A stretch of DNA of 11,632 bases from Candidatus Thorarchaeota archaeon. Its GTDB lineage: Archaea; Asgardarchaeota; Thorarchaeia; Thorarchaeales; Thorarchaeaceae. The stretch spans positions 1 through 11,632 of the forward strand of contig JAEOUG010000108.1 of NCBI GenBank assembly GCA_016839445.1. Direction: 5' to 3'. A model generated the notes under the pieces. The model had not been told where the DNA came from, ran no database searches, and saw only the letters and a list, made by a program, of their open reading frames with translations. A program made the translations under genes and the position numbers. Numbering within the stretch: position 1 is the stretch's first letter; each line of letters starts with the position of its first letter. This document shows positions 4,128-11,632 of this stretch, piece by piece.

Positions 4128-7100
4128 ATGGCAGCAGGCGCACAAGAACGGGACAAGTACTGGCCGGTAATGGAGGCATTCTTTGACCAATACGGACTAG
4201 TAGGTCAGCATCTTGACTCATTCAATCGGTTCATCAGAGAGGAGTTACAGCAAGTAGTTGACAGCGTTGCGAGGCTCACTCCAAAGATAGAGGGCTACAC
4301 TGTAGAACTCGGAGAGATTGCTATCGACCCACCATCAGTCCGTGAGGCTGATGGCAGTGAGCATGCACTCTTTCCGAATGAAGCTCGTATACGGAATCTC
4401 ACGTATGCCAGCAAGCTCCATCTGGAGATGACTCCTGTAAGGAAAGAAGGATCCGTGTCAACTAGACTGGAGACCCTGCGTATCTACATTGGCGACATGC
4501 CAATAATGCTCCGAAGCGAGAAGTGCCTCCTGCACGAGATGTCGGATGAGGAACTTATCGCTCATGGAGAAGATCCAAAGGATCCTGGCGGTTACTTCAT
4601 CATCAATGGCTCTGAGCGAGTTCTAGTAACACAGGAAGATTTGGCGCCAAACCGAATCCTCATTGAAGAAGCAAGCAAGAGCTCGAGTTATACGCACATT
4701 GCGAAGGTATTTTCCACTTCTCGCGGATTCAGAGCGCCTGTCACGATTGAACGGAAGCGCAGTGGAGAACTACGAGTTTCCTTCCCCTCTGTGCCGGGCA
4801 AGATTCCTCTTGCGATTCTTCTCAAGTCTCTTGGTCTGGAGTCAGACAAGGAGATTGTGGATGTCATCTCAGACGACGAGGAGATTCGCAATGAGCTCAT
4901 TGTGACTATTGAACAGTCAGCTCCCATCAATGCGGCGCGAGATGAAGAAGAAGGCTCCACCCGGGTGAACGCCCTTGACTTCATTGGCAAGCGAGTTGCC
5001 GTTGGACAGACCAAGGAATACAGGCTCTCTCGTGCTGAGAAGGTCTTGGACCGCTACCTATTGCCACATGTTGGCACAGAAGAGGATAGCCGTCTGCACA
5101 AGGCCTACTACCTGGGCCAGATGGTTGAGCGCCTCCTAGAGCTAGTATTGAGTAAACGCACACCTGATGACAAGGATCACTATGCAAACAAGAGGTTGAA
5201 ACTCTCAGGGGACCTCCTCATGTCACTCTTCAGAGTGGCACTCTACTCACTCACGCGTGACATCAAGTACCAGCTCGAACGTACTGCAGTCAGAGGCCGC
5301 AAGCCAAACATCAGGACTGCAGTGAGGGCGGATGTGATTACTCAGAGGTTGAAGCACGCTCTCGCTACTGGAAACTGGGTCGGTGGCAAGGCAGGCGTGT
5401 CACAGCTGCTGGATCGGACCAACTACATCTCATCCCTTTCTCATCTGCGCAGGGTTGTATCTCCCCTATCTCGTTCACAGCCTCACTTCGAGGCACGAGA
5501 CCTGCATTCCACGCATTGGGGGAAGATCTGCCCCAACGAAACTCCTGAAGGTCCCAACTGCGGGCTAGTGAAGAACATAGCAATGATGGCATACATCTCA
5601 GTGGGCACTGATGAGGAGTCAATTGAGAGAGCGCTAGTCAAGGCCGAGGTCACAGCTATTGACAAGATACGTGGGAAGCGAGGTGCGAAAGGAGCCGATG
5701 TCTTTCTCAATGGGAGACTGGTCGGTATTCACTCAGCTCCACAGGTACTTGTCAAGACAATTCGTCAGAAGAGAAGGGCTGGAGAGATTGACGCCCAGAC
5801 GAACATTGCTTACTACGAAGATACACACGAGGTTCAGGTGAACTGCGATGCAGGTCGAGTTCGAAGGCCAGTGATTGTCGTGGAGAATGGCAAGAGCCGG
5901 CTCACAGAAGAGCATCTCCGCATGGTAGACGAAGCCGAGTGGAGCTTCTTGGACATTCTTCGCAACGGCATCGTTGAGTTCATTGATGCTGAAGAAGAAG
6001 AGAACACACTCATCGCAATGTATCCTAATGAGATTGGTCCGAACACCACACACCTAGAGATTGTGCCCGCCACAATACTTGGCATATCCGCTGCCCTGAT
6101 ACCCTTCCCAGAGAGGAACCAGTCACCACGTAATGTGTACATGGCTGGCATGGCAAAGCAGTCGGTAGGAGTGCCAGCCGCGAACTTCAGATTCAGAGCT
6201 GACACACGCTCGCACTTCTTCCACTATCCTCAGGTGCCGCTTGTCAAGACGCGTGCTATGGACGCTATTGGATATGAGGAGCGCCCTGCAGGACAGAACT
6301 TCATTGTGGCAATCCTCTCATTCGAGGGCTACAACATAGAAGACGCCCTGATAATGAACAAGGCGTCCATTGAGAGAGGCCTAGGCCGGAGTACCTTCAC
6401 ACGAGTTTACGAAAGCGAAGAGCGCAAGTATCCTGGCGGCCAAGAGGACAGATTCGAGATTCCCGAGCGAAGTGTCAGAGGATACCGCGCTTCAGAGTCT
6501 TACAGGAATCTCGGTGAAGATGGTATAATCGAGACCGAGGTGGAAGTCCAAGGCGGCGATGTGCTCATTGGACGAACGTCACCTCCTAGATTCCTCGAGG
6601 AATATTCAGAGTTCGAGATTGCATCACCCAATCGACGAGAAACCTCAGTGGCAGTCCGCCATGGCGAATCTGGCGTAGTTGACAACGTCATTCTCACTGA
6701 AACTATCGATGGAAATCGTCTTGTGAAAGTAAGAGTAAGAGACCTCAGGATTCCCGAGCTGGGCGACAAGTACGCTTCACGTCACGGACAGAAGGGAGTC
6801 ATCGGCTACATAGTCCCTCAGCAAGATTTGCCGTTCACAGAAGATGGCGTTGTTCCGGATCTTCTGATTAACCCTCATGCCATTCCAAGCCGGATGACCA
6901 TTGGTCAGATACTTGAGATGGTTGCAGGCAAGGCGGCGTGCATGGAGGGCAAGCAGCAGGATGCGTCACCCTTCTCTGGTGTGACTGAACCAGAGCTCTT
7001 CGCGATTCTGCGCAGGCACGGCCTGAAACACAACGGCAGAGAAACCATGTACTCGGGAATAACTGGCGAGCGACTGAAGGTGGACATCTTCATGGGTGTC

Positions 7101-7499
7101 ATCTTCTATCAGAAACTGCACCACATGGTAGCTGACAAGATCCATGCGAGAGCTCGTGGTCCAGTTCAGATTCTCACGCGACAACCTACTGAGGGCCGAG
7201 CCAGAGAAGGTGGTCTTCGATTTGGAGAGATGGAGCGCGACGTGCTCATTGGACACGGCGCCGCAATCCTCCTCAAAGGCCGATTGCTGGATGAGTCTGA
7301 CAAGAGCAACATGCTCGTCTGTGAGGACTGTGGACTGATTGGCGTATATGACAGGAACAAGGACCAGTATTACTGCCCGATCTGTGGCACTAACGCGAAG
7401 ATCAGCAGTGTAGTGGTTTCCTATGCATTCAAGCTTCTCATACAAGAGATGATGTCGCTGGGTCTGGCCACCAGGCTCAGGCTCAAGGAGATGATCTAA
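4128..7499 (+). CDS. rpoB: DNA-directed RNA polymerase subunit B (Rpo2), undivided
   Basis: 1123 aa. QHLDSFN, GGYFIINGSERV, CPNETPEGPNCGLVKN, GDKYASRHGQKG, RQPTEGRAREGGLRFGEMERD and a C-terminal CxxC...CxxC Zn ribbon. SD-like GGTGTGA upstream. Confidence 0.99.
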   Translation: MAAGAQERDKYWPVMEAFFDQYGLVGQHLDSFNRFIREELQQVVDSVARLTPKIEGYTVELGEIAIDPPSVREADGSEHALFPNEARIRNLTYASKLHLEMTPVRKEGSVSTRLETLRIYIGDMPIMLRSEKCLLHEMSDEELIAHGEDPKDPGGYFIINGSERVLVTQEDLAPNRILIEEASKSSSYTHIAKVFSTSRGFRAPVTIERKRSGELRVSFPSVPGKIPLAILLKSLGLESDKEIVDVISDDEEIRNELIVTIEQSAPINAARDEEEGSTRVNALDFIGKRVAVGQTKEYRLSRAEKVLDRYLLPHVGTEEDSRLHKAYYLGQMVERLLELVLSKRTPDDKDHYANKRLKLSGDLLMSLFRVALYSLTRDIKYQLERTAVRGRKPNIRTAVRADVITQRLKHALATGNWVGGKAGVSQLLDRTNYISSLSHLRRVVSPLSRSQPHFEARDLHSTHWGKICPNETPEGPNCGLVKNIAMMAYISVGTDEESIERALVKAEVTAIDKIRGKRGAKGADVFLNGRLVGIHSAPQVLVKTIRQKRRAGEIDAQTNIAYYEDTHEVQVNCDAGRVRRPVIVVENGKSRLTEEHLRMVDEAEWSFLDILRNGIVEFIDAEEEENTLIAMYPNEIGPNTTHLEIVPATILGISAALIPFPERNQSPRNVYMAGMAKQSVGVPAANFRFRADTRSHFFHYPQVPLVKTRAMDAIGYEERPAGQNFIVAILSFEGYNIEDALIMNKASIERGLGRSTFTRVYESEERKYPGGQEDRFEIPERSVRGYRASESYRNLGEDGIIETEVEVQGGDVLIGRTSPPRFLEEYSEFEIASPNRRETSVAVRHGESGVVDNVILTETIDGNRLVKVRVRDLRIPELGDKYASRHGQKGVIGYIVPQQDLPFTEDGVVPDLLINPHAIPSRMTIGQILEMVAGKAACMEGKQQDASPFSGVTEPELFAILRRHGLKHNGRETMYSGITGERLKVDIFMGVIFYQKLHHMVADKIHARARGPVQILTRQPTEGRAREGGLRFGEMERDVLIGHGAAILLKGRLLDESDKSNMLVCEDCGLIGVYDRNKDQYYCPICGTNAKISSVVVSYAFKLLIQEMMSLGLATRLRLKEMI

Positions 7500-7500
7500 G

Positions 7501-11525
<4,025 letters not shown>

Positions 11526-11612
11526 GTGTTGGGTAGATACACGACGGAAGCGTTAAAACAGAATCCCCTTTGACGCAGATAGTCTGCATGGAAACCATGG
11601 AGAGGTTACGAA

Positions 11613-11632
11613 ATGAGCCTAAATCAACCGAT
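11613..11632 (+). CDS. Start of the next gene (MSLNQP...), probably 50S ribosomal protein L30e by synteny
   Basis: ATG at 11613 preceded by GAGGT (11602-11606). Only 6 full codons are visible. The identity rests on the conserved archaeal order rpoA2-rpl30e-nusA. Confidence 0.4.

Noticed and set aside
3829-4221. ORFs 3857-4123 (+) and 3829-4221 (-)
   Set aside because: They overlap the tRNA-Lys gene (and rpoB for the minus ORF); spurious.

Overview
Archaeal genomic window. An Asgard, Thorarchaeia-like origin is my inference from the undivided rpoB, split rpoA'/A'', intron-containing tRNAs and the protein sequences; it is not proven. The right two-thirds is the core RNA polymerase operon (rpoB, rpoA1, rpoA2, start of a probable L30e gene). 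It is preceded by an interrupted tRNA-Lys(TTT), and there is no rpoH in its usual place. The left third holds a minus-strand double-SIS sugar-phosphate isomerase gene that the ORF track missed, a tandem GNAT gene and a tRNA-Asp(GTC) with two introns (37/38 and 43/44). Most notably, the tRNA-Asp 3' end recurs twice downstream: an exact 22-bp copy at 1036-1057 and a degenerate copy at 1541-1561. These copies divide a 1.2-kb integrase-less island into two small cassette-like modules. One carries a 4-TM protein gene whose stop codon overlaps the repeat. The other carries a head-to-head junction of 5'-truncated flavodoxin and HxlR regulator genes. RpoA'' has an unusual 57-aa Lys/Ser/Thr-rich, histone-H1-like N-terminal tail.
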